Of a DNA stretch of 53,854 nt, positions 8,011 to 16,441 are shown piece by piece. The notes under the pieces are model-generated. The model ran no database searches and was not told the DNA's origin. It worked only from the letters and a program-made list of their open reading frames with translations. The position numbers and the translations under genes were made by a program. Each line of letters opens with the position of its first letter. Position 1 is the stretch's first letter. Origin of the DNA: Actinomycetota bacterium (GTDB taxonomy: Bacteria; Actinomycetota; Actinomycetes; JACCUZ01); NCBI GenBank assembly GCA_030841185.1, contig JAVEDB010000057.1:1-53854 (forward strand), given 5' to 3'.

Positions 8011-9447
8011 TTACAGCGGGATGTTGCCGTGCTGGCCACGTCGCCCGTACTCCGCCGAGGTCACGATGGCCCGCGCGATCGCCGATCGGGTCCGGGTCGG
8101 CTCCACCAGCTCGTCGACCACGCCGATCTCCTGCGCACGCGACAGGCCGCCGGCTAGTTGGCCGTGCTCGACCGCAAGCTCCTGCTCGACCTGACCGCGG
8201 ACATCGTCGGCCACCTCGGCCAGTCGCCGCCGGTGCAGGATGCGCACCGCCGCGACCGCGCCCATGACCGCCACCTCGGCGCCCGGCCAGGCGAAGACGC
8301 GCGTCGCGCCCAGCGAGCGCGAGTTCATCGCGATGTACGCGCCGCCGTAGGCCTTGCGGGTCACCAGGGTCACTCGCGGGACGGTGCACTCGGCGAACGC
8401 ATGCAGGAGCTTGGCCCCACGGCGTACGACGCCATCCCACTCCTGCCCGACACCGGGGAGGTACCCCGGCACGTCGACGATCACGACCATCGGCACGCCG
8501 AACGCGTCGCACATGCGCACGAACCGCGCCGCCTTCTCCGCGGAGGCCGAGTCGAGGCAACCACCGAGTCGCAGCGGGTTGTTCGCGATCACGCCGACGG
8601 TGCGACCGCCGAGCCGGCCGAGGGTCGTGGTGACGTTCGGTGCCCACTTGGGGTGCAGCTCCAGGCTGCTGCCCTCGTCGAGCATCGCCTCGACGATGGG
8701 GTGCACGTCGTAGGCGCGCTTCGGCGAATCGGGGAGGTACGAGGACAGGTCACGGTCCTCGACCTCGCCGAGGTCCCGCTGGTCGCCGAGCAGCGCGGCG
8801 AGCCGCCGGGCCTCGACGTACGCGTCGTCCTGGGTCTCGGCGACGACGTGCACCACGCCGGACCGCCGCCCGTGCGGCTCCGGGCCGCCGAGTCGCAGCG
8901 AGTCCACGTCCTCACCGGTCACCGAGCGCACCACGTCCGGGCCGGTGACGAACACGCGGCCCTCCGGGCCGAGGATGACGACGTCGGTGAGCGCGGGACC
9001 GTAGGCCGCACCGCCGGCCGCTGGGCCGAGCACGACGGAGATCTGCGGAACCTTGCCGGACGCCCTGGTCATGATGGCGAAGACCTCACCGACGGCGTGC
9101 AGGGAGACCACGCCTTCGCGCAGCCGGGCCCCACCCGAGTGCCAGAGGCCGAGCACCGGGATGCCATCGGCGAGAGCGCGCTCGTACGCCGTGAGCACCA
9201 CTGCGCAACCGGCCTGGCCCATGGCGCCGCCCTGGATGGTCGCGTCCGAGCAGAACGCCACCGAGGCGGCTCCCTCGATGCGGCCGATGCCCGCGAGCAT
9301 CCCGGAGTCGTCCTCGGCGGTGATCAGCTCGAGGGTGCCCGGGTCGAAGAGCTGCTCGAGACGCAGCCGCGGGTTGCGCGGGTCCTCGTCGCGGGGGATG
9401 ACGGTCTTGCCCGCGGCGGTCGTCGGGACCGTCGGGGTGGTGGTCAC
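8011..9447 (-). CDS. accD: acyl-CoA carboxylase carboxyltransferase (beta) subunit
   Basis: SGGARLREG, GPAAGGAAY, DVPGYLPG, HGNIPL; GTGA overlap with fabF. Confidence 0.93.
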   Translation of the reverse strand: MTTTPTVPTTAAGKTVIPRDEDPRNPRLRLEQLFDPGTLELITAEDDSGMLAGIGRIEGAASVAFCSDATIQGGAMGQAGCAVVLTAYERALADGIPVLGLWHSGGARLREGVVSLHAVGEVFAIMTRASGKVPQISVVLGPAAGGAAYGPALTDVVILGPEGRVFVTGPDVVRSVTGEDVDSLRLGGPEPHGRRSGVVHVVAETQDDAYVEARRLAALLGDQRDLGEVEDRDLSSYLPDSPKRAYDVHPIVEAMLDEGSSLELHPKWAPNVTTTLGRLGGRTVGVIANNPLRLGGCLDSASAEKAARFVRMCDAFGVPMVVIVDVPGYLPGVGQEWDGVVRRGAKLLHAFAECTVPRVTLVTRKAYGGAYIAMNSRSLGATRVFAWPGAEVAVMGAVAAVRILHRRRLAEVADDVRGQVEQELAVEHGQLAGGLSRAQEIGVVDELVEPTRTRSAIARAIVTSAEYGRRGQHGNIPL

Positions 9448-10700
9448 GACACACTCCGGAAGGCCAGCGCCACGTTGTGGCCGCCGAAGCCGAAGGAGTT
9501 GTTGAGTGCGGCGATCGGGCCGTCCGGCAGGCTCCGCGGCTCCAGCCCCACGACGTCGAGGCGTACGTCGTCGTCGGGATCCTCGAGGTTGGTCGTCGGG
9601 GGAGCCAACCGATGATGCAGCGCCAGGATCGTTGCGATCGACTCGACGGCTCCGGCCGCGCCGAGCAGGTGGCCGGTCATCGACTTCGTGGCCGACACGC
9701 ACAGGCCGTCGGTCGCATCGCCGAACGCATTGCGGATGGCCTCCGCCTCGGCGACGTCGCCCGCAGGGGTCGAGGTTGCATGGGCGTTGATGTGCACGAC
9801 GTCCTGCGGTGAGAGGCCGGCGTTGTCCAGGGCGAACCGGATCGCGCGGACGGCACCCGCACCCGACGGGTCCGGGGCCGCGATGTGGTAGCCGTCGGAG
9901 CTGATCCCGGCGCCCGCGACCTCGCCGTGGATCGTCGCCCCACGACGCTCTGCGTGCTCCGCGGACTCGAGGACGACGATGCCGGCGCCCTCGCCGAGGA
10001 CGAACCCGTCACGACCCTTGTCATAGGGACGCGACGCTCGCTCCGGCTCGTCGTTCCTCGTGGACAGTGCCTGCATCGCCGCGAAGCCCGCGAGCGGCAG
10101 CGGATGGATCGCCGCCTCGGTGCCACCTGCGACGACGATGTCGGCGCGACCGCTGCGGATCATGTCGGCCGCGTAGGCGATTGCCTCCGCTCCTGACGCG
10201 CAGGCGCTGACCGGGGTGTGCACCCCGGCCTTGGCGCCGAGCTCCAGGCCGACGGCCGCGGCTGGCCCGTTGGGCATGAGCATCGGCACGGTGAGCGGCA
10301 TCACCCTCCTGGCGCCCCGCTCCTTGAGGGTGTCGTAGGCGGACAGCAGCGTCAGGACGCCGCCGATGCCCGAGGCGACCACGACGCCGAGTCGCTCGCC
10401 GTCGACCTCCGGGGCACCGGCGTGCGCCCACGCCTCGCGCGCGGCCACCAGCGCGAACTGCTGTGACCGGTCGTTGCGCTTGGTCTCCTGCCGCGAGAGC
10501 ACCTCCTCCGGCTCAACAGCCACCTTTGCCGCGATGTGCACCGGCAGCGTCTCGACCCAGTCCTCGGTGAGCACACGCACGCCCGACTTGCCGGCCAGCA
10601 GAGCCGTCCACGTCGAAGCCACGTCGCCACCGAGCGGTGTCGTCGCGCCGAGACCAGTGACGACGATCCGCCTCGTGTCCGTCTGTCGGGTGTCAGTCAT
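9444..10700 (-). CDS. fabF: beta-ketoacyl-ACP synthase II
   Basis: SACASG Cys, HATST, TGHLLGAAG, NSFGFGGHN. Confidence 0.96.
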   Translation of the reverse strand: MTDTRQTDTRRIVVTGLGATTPLGGDVASTWTALLAGKSGVRVLTEDWVETLPVHIAAKVAVEPEEVLSRQETKRNDRSQQFALVAAREAWAHAGAPEVDGERLGVVVASGIGGVLTLLSAYDTLKERGARRVMPLTVPMLMPNGPAAAVGLELGAKAGVHTPVSACASGAEAIAYAADMIRSGRADIVVAGGTEAAIHPLPLAGFAAMQALSTRNDEPERASRPYDKGRDGFVLGEGAGIVVLESAEHAERRGATIHGEVAGAGISSDGYHIAAPDPSGAGAVRAIRFALDNAGLSPQDVVHINAHATSTPAGDVAEAEAIRNAFGDATDGLCVSATKSMTGHLLGAAGAVESIATILALHHRLAPPTTNLEDPDDDVRLDVVGLEPRSLPDGPIAALNNSFGFGGHNVALAFRSVS

Positions 10701-10704
10701 GCGA

Positions 10705-10953
10705 TCAGGCGCTCGCCTTCGCGATGTAGCTCACGGCGTCTCCGACTGTCGAGAGGCCCTTGACGTCGTCGTCCGGGATGCGCACTCCGAACTTCTCCTC
10801 GGCGTTCACGACGATGGTCATCATCGACAGCGAGTCGATGTCGAGGTCGTCGGTGAACGACTTCTCCGGCTGTACGTCGCCGGTGGGAATGCCGGTCTCC
10901 TCATTGACGATCTCGGCGAGACCCTCGAGGATCTCCTGCTCGCTCTTGGCCAT
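10705..10953 (-). CDS. acpP: acyl carrier protein
   Basis: DLDIDSLSM phosphopantetheine site, 82 aa, GAAGGAG RBS. Confidence 0.96.
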   Translation of the reverse strand: MAKSEQEILEGLAEIVNEETGIPTGDVQPEKSFTDDLDIDSLSMMTIVVNAEEKFGVRIPDDDVKGLSTVGDAVSYIAKASA

Positions 10954-10993
10954 GTGTCGGGCTCCTTCGTGGATGGTTGTTACGTGGTGCGGG

Positions 10994-11989
10994 TCAGGGA
11001 AGGGTGACGACCTGGGCTGCGTAGACCAGGCCGGCTCCGAAACCGATGAGCAAAGCGGTGCCGCCACTCTTGGCCTCACCGCTCTCGAGCATGCGCTCCA
11101 TCGCCAACGGGATCGATGCCGCGGAGGTGTTCCCCGCCTCGGCGATGTCACGCGCGACGGGCACATGCGCGGGCAGCTTCAGCGCCTTGATCATCGAGTC
11201 GGTGATCCGCATGTTGGCCTGGTGCGGGATGAACGCGTCCAGGTCGTCGGCGGTGATGCCCGCCGCGGCCATCGCCCGTTCGGCGACCGGGGCCATCTGC
11301 CACACGGCCCAGCGGAAGACCTTCTGGCCCTGCATGGTCAGCATCGGGAAGTCCACGTTGTGGTCGCGGACGTCGATCCAGCTGGCGCGCTGGGTGATGG
11401 CGTCGTACTGGGAGCCGTCGGAGCCCCAGATCGTCGGCCCGATCCCCGGTTCCTCGGACGGGCCGATCACGACCGCCCCGGCGCCGTCGGCGAAGATGAA
11501 CGCCGACGTCCGGTCGTAGGAGTCGGTGAAGTCCGACAGCTTCTCGCAGCCGATGACGACGACGTGCGAAGCGCTGCCGCCGCGGACCATGTCGTTGGCC
11601 ATCGACACCCCGTAGCAGAAGCCCGCACAGGCGGCCGAGATATCCATCGCGGCGGCCGTGGTGCCGAGGCGGTGTGCGACGTCTGCGGCTCCCGAGGGCG
11701 TCTGCAGCGGGTGTGTCACCGTCGAGAGGATGACGCAACCGATCTGGTCGGCCGTGATTCCCGCGTTCGCGATGGCCTTGCCGGCGGCCGCGACGGCCAT
11801 GTCGACGACCGACTCGTCCTCAGCGGCGAACCGGCGCGAGATGATGCCCGAGCGCTCGCGGATCCACTCGTCGGTCGAGTCGATGCGCTCGCAGATCTCC
11901 GCGTTGGTGACCACCCGCGCCGGCCGGTAACCACCGACCCCGAGGATGCGTGCATGCGCGGCACCGACCGCTTCCTTGATGGCGCTCAC
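10994..11989 (-). CDS. fabH: beta-ketoacyl-ACP synthase III
   Basis: AACAGF, PHQAN and GNTSAASIP catalytic triad; GTGA overlap with fabD. Confidence 0.96.
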   Translation of the reverse strand: MSAIKEAVGAAHARILGVGGYRPARVVTNAEICERIDSTDEWIRERSGIISRRFAAEDESVVDMAVAAAGKAIANAGITADQIGCVILSTVTHPLQTPSGAADVAHRLGTTAAAMDISAACAGFCYGVSMANDMVRGGSASHVVVIGCEKLSDFTDSYDRTSAFIFADGAGAVVIGPSEEPGIGPTIWGSDGSQYDAITQRASWIDVRDHNVDFPMLTMQGQKVFRWAVWQMAPVAERAMAAAGITADDLDAFIPHQANMRITDSMIKALKLPAHVPVARDIAEAGNTSAASIPLAMERMLESGEAKSGGTALLIGFGAGLVYAAQVVTLP

Positions 11990-13170
11990 GCCGAGACCGC
12001 CTCCGGGTGCAGCCGGATGAGCGGTTGTCCGGGGGACACCGGGTCCCCGTCCTCGACGAGCCACTCGACGACGGTGCCGCCGTGGGGAGCCGTGACCGGC
12101 TGCTGGTCGCGCAACGTGACCAGGGTGCCGATCGTGACGCCGGGCCGGAGCGTCGTTCCGACGGCGAGGTCCGCCACTCGAAACGTCCCCTTGGCCGGCG
12201 CGACCAGCATCCGCCAGGTGGGGGAGTCGTCCAACGGCGACTCGCTCCCATGGCGAGCCACGAGGTCGCGCGCCGCCTCCAGGTCGTCCGGGGTCTTGAG
12301 CGCCACCGTCTCCACACCGGGAAGCGCGCGCTTGATCAGGCCGGTGAGCGTGCCCGCCGGCGGGACCTCGATCACCCCGGTGACGCCGAGGTCGCCCATC
12401 GCCTTCATGCACAGGTCCCAGCGCACCGGGTTGCTCACCTGGGTCACGATCCGCTCCAGCACCTCGGCACCGTTGTGGACGACCGCACCGTCCCGGTTGG
12501 AGATCAGGCTGGTGCGCGGGTCGTGCACACTGACCGCCTTGGCGTAGCCCGCCAGTGTTGCGACGGCCGGCGCCATGTGGCGGGTGTGGAATGCCCCCGC
12601 GACGGACAGCGGCATGAGACGCGCCTTCGGCGGGGGGTCTGCCTTGAGCGACTCCAGCTGCTCGAGCGTCCCGGCAGCAACCACCTGGCCCGCACCGTTG
12701 TTGTTGGCGGCCGTGAGCCCGTGACGCTCCAGGCTCGCCATCACCTCGTCCGGGTCGCCACCGATCAGCGCAGTCATCCCGGTGGGCTCGACGGCCGCGG
12801 CGGCAGCCATCGCACGCCCCCGCTCACGGACGAGCACCATGGCCTGTTCCGCGGTGATCACGCGGGCGCCGGCGGCCGCCGTGATCTCACCCACGCTGTG
12901 CCCCGCGGTTGCACCGACGACGTGGAACGCGTCGGAGGGGTGGGGAAAGATCTCCAGGGCCGACACGAGTCCGGCCGCGACCAGCAGAGGCTGGGCGATC
13001 GCGGTGTCGCGGATCTCCTCGGCGTCCCCCTCGGTCCCGTAGTGGATCAGGTCGACTCCCGCGCAGGCCGACAGCCAGCGAAGGCGGTCGGCGAAGTGCG
13101 GGAGCTCGAGCCAGGGGGCGAGGAAGCCGGGGGACTGGGCGCCCTGACCGGGCGCGACGATGACGAGCAC
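11986..13170 (-). CDS. fabD: malonyl-CoA:ACP transacylase with C-terminal biotinyl/lipoyl-like domain
   Basis: PGQGAQ, GHSVG, GAFH; extra C-terminal segment ending PVTAPHGGTVVEWLVEDGDPVSPGQPLIRL. Confidence 0.93.
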   Translation of the reverse strand: MLVIVAPGQGAQSPGFLAPWLELPHFADRLRWLSACAGVDLIHYGTEGDAEEIRDTAIAQPLLVAAGLVSALEIFPHPSDAFHVVGATAGHSVGEITAAAGARVITAEQAMVLVRERGRAMAAAAAVEPTGMTALIGGDPDEVMASLERHGLTAANNNGAGQVVAAGTLEQLESLKADPPPKARLMPLSVAGAFHTRHMAPAVATLAGYAKAVSVHDPRTSLISNRDGAVVHNGAEVLERIVTQVSNPVRWDLCMKAMGDLGVTGVIEVPPAGTLTGLIKRALPGVETVALKTPDDLEAARDLVARHGSESPLDDSPTWRMLVAPAKGTFRVADLAVGTTLRPGVTIGTLVTLRDQQPVTAPHGGTVVEWLVEDGDPVSPGQPLIRLHPEAVSA

Positions 13171-13235
13171 CCCCCAAGCCTCGCGGACCCGGGTGGGGGC
13201 GGACGGTGTGGACCAGAACGAATCTCGGCGAGCAG

Positions 13236-13256
13236 TTTTAGAGGTTTCCTACAAAT
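13236..13256. promoter_or_regulatory. candidate FasR/MabR operator upstream of fabD
   Basis: TTTTAG-N9-ACAAAT resembles the mycobacterial MabR palindrome TTTTGT-N9-ACAAAA. Confidence 0.55.
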
Positions 13257-14412
13257 GCTGCGTGGCGGTCTGCAGCCGACCGAGCACCAGGGCAAGTCTC
13301 AGGGTGAACGCGTGGCGGGGGTCAGACGGGGCGAATCCCACCACGTCGGTCACCCGGCGAAGGCGGTAGCGGACGGTGTTGGGGTGGACAAAGAGGATGC
13401 GCGACGTGGCCTCCAGCGAGCCGGTCTGCTCGAGGTAGGCGGCCAGCGTCTCGAGCAGCGCGGACCCCGCAGCCACCAGCGGCGCGTACACCTCCTCGAC
13501 GAGACGGCTCCGCGCGACCGGGTCACCGGAGATGGCGCGTTCGGGAAGCAGGTCGTCGGCCAGCACCGGTCGAGGCGCCTCGGGCCACGCCGGGGCCGCG
13601 AGCAGTCCCGCGACTGCGACCGACGCGCTGTGCCCGGCCTTGAGCAGATCGGGCACGGCCGGACCGATCACGACAGGCCCCGGGCCGAACTGCGCGACGA
13701 GATGCCGGGTCGCGCGAACCGGGTCGGTCGCGCCGCCGAGGATCGCCACTAAGCGGTCGCCCTGCACGCCCGTCAGGACATCGAGATGGCTCGCCCGGGC
13801 GACCCGGCGGATCTCGTCGACCACCGTTTCCGGCTCGGCGTCAGGCGTCTGGCCGACCACGACGACGACGGATCCGTGCGCGCCCCAGCCGAGTGCCGCG
13901 GCGCGTGACCGCAGGGCGTCGTCGGCCTCTCCTCGCAGCAGGTTGTCGACGACGAGGGCCTCCAGCCGGGCGTCCCACGCACCACGTGCCTCCGCGGCCT
14001 GTGCGTAGACCTGAGCCGCCGCGAACGCGATCTCGCGGGAGTAGCGCAGGACGGCCTCGCGTAACGCCGCCTGGTCGCCGGGCGCGACGATCTCGCCGAT
14101 CTGCTCCTCGACGACCGCAATGACGACCCGGACGAGCTCGACCGTCTGCTGAAGAGTCACCGACCGGGTGAGCTCGCGGGGGGCGGTGCCGAACACGTCG
14201 GCACTGATCGCCTGCGGTGCGTCGGGCTGGCGGAACCACTCGACGAACGCGGCCACACCGGCCTGGGCGACGAGGTTGACCCAGGACCGGTTCTCGGCCG
14301 GCATCGCGCGGTACCACGGCAGCACCTCGTCCATCCGGGCGATCGCGGCGTCCGCAAGGGTGCCCATGCTGCGCTCGAGGCGGCGCACAGTGGCCGGGGA
14401 GCGGCGGGGCAT
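13249..14412 (-). CDS. fasR: PucR-family fatty-acid biosynthesis regulator (FasR/MabR-like)
   Basis: AAEARGAWDARLEALVVD, C-terminal HTH LFVHPNTVRYRL; directly upstream of fabD. Confidence 0.9.
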   Translation of the reverse strand: MPRRSPATVRRLERSMGTLADAAIARMDEVLPWYRAMPAENRSWVNLVAQAGVAAFVEWFRQPDAPQAISADVFGTAPRELTRSVTLQQTVELVRVVIAVVEEQIGEIVAPGDQAALREAVLRYSREIAFAAAQVYAQAAEARGAWDARLEALVVDNLLRGEADDALRSRAAALGWGAHGSVVVVVGQTPDAEPETVVDEIRRVARASHLDVLTGVQGDRLVAILGGATDPVRATRHLVAQFGPGPVVIGPAVPDLLKAGHSASVAVAGLLAAPAWPEAPRPVLADDLLPERAISGDPVARSRLVEEVYAPLVAAGSALLETLAAYLEQTGSLEATSRILFVHPNTVRYRLRRVTDVVGFAPSDPRHAFTLRLALVLGRLQTATQHL

Positions 14413-14425
14413 GCCAGCAGCCTAG

Positions 14426-14442
14426 TTGTCGCAGGGCAACAA
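14426..14442. promoter_or_regulatory. candidate FasR/MabR autoregulatory operator
   Basis: TTGT-N9-ACAA adjacent to the TAGGCT -10 element of a probably leaderless fasR. Confidence 0.5.
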
Positions 14443-14500
14443 CAAACCCCGGAACGGCCCGGCCGGTCGGGGCCGCGTCCGGAGTGGTTACCGTCGGTCC

Positions 14501-15529
14501 GTGGACCCCGCCGAGGCGCTGCGCCGGATCGCGTTCCTCCTCGAGCGCGCCCACGAACCGACGTACCGGGTCAAGGCCTTCCGCACCGCGGCGGCCGCGG
14601 TGGCCGAACTGACGCCGGAGGACCTGGCGGCCCGGGTCGCGGCCGGCTCGCTGACCGAGATCAAGGGCATCGGGGACAAGACGGCCACGGCGATCACCCA
14701 GGCGTACGCCGGGGAGCTGCCGGCGTACCTGCAACGGCTGGAGGGTGCTGCCGACGAGCCGGTGGCCGTGGGCGGCGCCGCCATCCGCGCCGCCCTGCGG
14801 GGTGACTGCCACACCCATTCGGACTGGTCCGACGGGGGGAGCCCCATCGAGGAGATGGCCTTGGCGGCCCGCGACCTGGGCCACGAGTACATCGTGCTCA
14901 CCGACCACTCGCCCCGCCTCACGGTTGCGCGCGGACTCTCGCCGGAGCGGCTGCGGGAACAGCTCGAGGTGGTCGCGGCGGTCAACGAGCGGCTGGCGCC
15001 GTTCCGCATCCTGACCGGGATCGAGGTCGACATCCTCGAGGACGGTGCGCTCGACCAGGAGGACGAGCTGCTGGCCCAGCTCGACGTCGTGGTGGCGAGC
15101 GTCCACTCCAAGCTGCGGATGGAGCGCGAGGCCATGACCGCCCGGATGGTGGCCGCCGTGGCCAACCCGCACACCGACATCCTCGGCCACTGCACTGGTC
15201 GCAACGTCACCAATCAGGGCCGCGGCGGACGGACCCGGCCCGAGTCGGAATTCGACGCGGAGCTCGTCTTCGAGGCGTGCCGGCAGTTCGGGGTCGCGGT
15301 CGAGATCAACTGCCGCCCGGAGCGGCTTGACCCGCCTCGGCGACTGCTGCGCCTGGCGGTGGAGACGGGGTGCCGGTTCTCGATCGACACCGACGCGCAC
15401 GCGCCCGGGCAGCTCGACTGGCAGCCGTTCGGGTGCGTTCGCGCCGAGGAGTGCGACGTGCCTGTCGACGCGATCGTCAACACGCTGCCGATCCCCGAGC
15501 TGCTCGCCTGGACCTCGCGGCGGGACTGA
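14501..15529 (+). CDS. PHP-domain protein with N-terminal helix-hairpin-helix (PolX-like, lacking the polymerase core)
   Basis: YRVKAFR...IKGIGDKT HhH; DCHTHSDWSDG, TDHS, DTDAH PHP motifs. Confidence 0.9.
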   Translation: MDPAEALRRIAFLLERAHEPTYRVKAFRTAAAAVAELTPEDLAARVAAGSLTEIKGIGDKTATAITQAYAGELPAYLQRLEGAADEPVAVGGAAIRAALRGDCHTHSDWSDGGSPIEEMALAARDLGHEYIVLTDHSPRLTVARGLSPERLREQLEVVAAVNERLAPFRILTGIEVDILEDGALDQEDELLAQLDVVVASVHSKLRMEREAMTARMVAAVANPHTDILGHCTGRNVTNQGRGGRTRPESEFDAELVFEACRQFGVAVEINCRPERLDPPRRLLRLAVETGCRFSIDTDAHAPGQLDWQPFGCVRAEECDVPVDAIVNTLPIPELLAWTSRRD

Positions 15530-15561
15530 GCGGCGGGCTGGAATGTCCGGAGCCACGCCGA

Positions 15562-15579
15562 TTGTTGTGTGTGCAACAA
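15562..15579. promoter_or_regulatory. palindromic operator upstream of pirin gene (MarR-type candidate)
   Basis: TTGTTG-N6-CAACAA immediately before the start codon. Confidence 0.5.
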
Positions 15580-15587
15580 CTGGGAGG

Positions 15588-16373
15588 ATGGACGCCATGA
15601 CAGACGGAACGACGGGCACGACACTCGTCAAGCGGTCCGGTGAGCGGTTCTTCACGGACCTCGGCTGGCTGGACTCGAAGCACTCGTTCTCGTTCGGGCA
15701 CCACTACGACGCGCGCAACACGCACTTCGGCTTGCTCCTCGTGTCCAACGACGACGTTGTCGCACCCGGGACGGGGTTCGAGACGCACCCGCACCGCGAC
15801 ATGGAGATCGTCACCTGGGTGCTCGACGGCGGCCTGGTCCACCAGGACTCGATCGGTCACAACGGCGTTATCTATCCCGGTCTGGCCCAGCGGATGAGCG
15901 CCGGGACCGGGATCCTGCACTCGGAGAAGAACGACCTGCCGACGTCGGTGCTGACGAGTGATCCGGCCGCCGTCAAGCCGGTGCACTTCGTGCAGATGTG
16001 GGTCGTGCCGGACGAGTCCCGCATCGAGCCGGGCTACGAACAGCTCGACATCGGAGACCAGCTCGCCCGGGGGGGTCTCGTGACCGTGGCCTCCGGCATG
16101 GGCAGGCATCGTGACGAGGCGGCGATCCGCATCAGGCAGAAGGACGCTGCGCTGTTCGCAGCTCGGCTCGCGGACGCCGAGACGGTGCAGCTGCCCACCG
16201 CGCCGTACGTGCACCTCTACGTCGCCCGCGGCGAGGTCGATCTCGAAGGCGCCGGCCGGCTCGGAACCGGCGACGCCGCACGCATCACCGGTTCAGCGGG
16301 TCAGCGGGTGACGGCGCTCGGCGACGCCGAGGTGCTGGTGTGGGAGATGCACGCCGACGTCGCCCGCCCCTGA
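15588..16373 (+). CDS. pirin family protein
   Basis: HSFSFG, GFETHPHRDMEIVTWV, SAGTGILHSE, FVQMWV; start may be 15597. Confidence 0.93.
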   Translation: MDAMTDGTTGTTLVKRSGERFFTDLGWLDSKHSFSFGHHYDARNTHFGLLLVSNDDVVAPGTGFETHPHRDMEIVTWVLDGGLVHQDSIGHNGVIYPGLAQRMSAGTGILHSEKNDLPTSVLTSDPAAVKPVHFVQMWVVPDESRIEPGYEQLDIGDQLARGGLVTVASGMGRHRDEAAIRIRQKDAALFAARLADAETVQLPTAPYVHLYVARGEVDLEGAGRLGTGDAARITGSAGQRVTALGDAEVLVWEMHADVARP

Positions 16374-16385
16374 CCCCACTTCATC

Positions 16386-16434
16386 TGGTGAGTTTGGCAC
16401 CCAAAATCACCCTCTTAGGGTGCTGAACTCACCA
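16386..16434. terminator. long intergenic inverted repeat between convergent pirin and aceE genes
   Basis: TGGTGAGTTTGGCACCC / GGGTGCTGAACTCACCA, 17-bp stem with two G-U pairs. Confidence 0.65.
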
Positions 16435-16441
16435 TTTGGGG

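Noticed and set aside
8011-14412. KS/ACP/AT cluster as a type II PKS
   Set aside because: No chain-length factor or cyclases; order and motifs match the primary fasR-fabDH-acpP-fabF cluster
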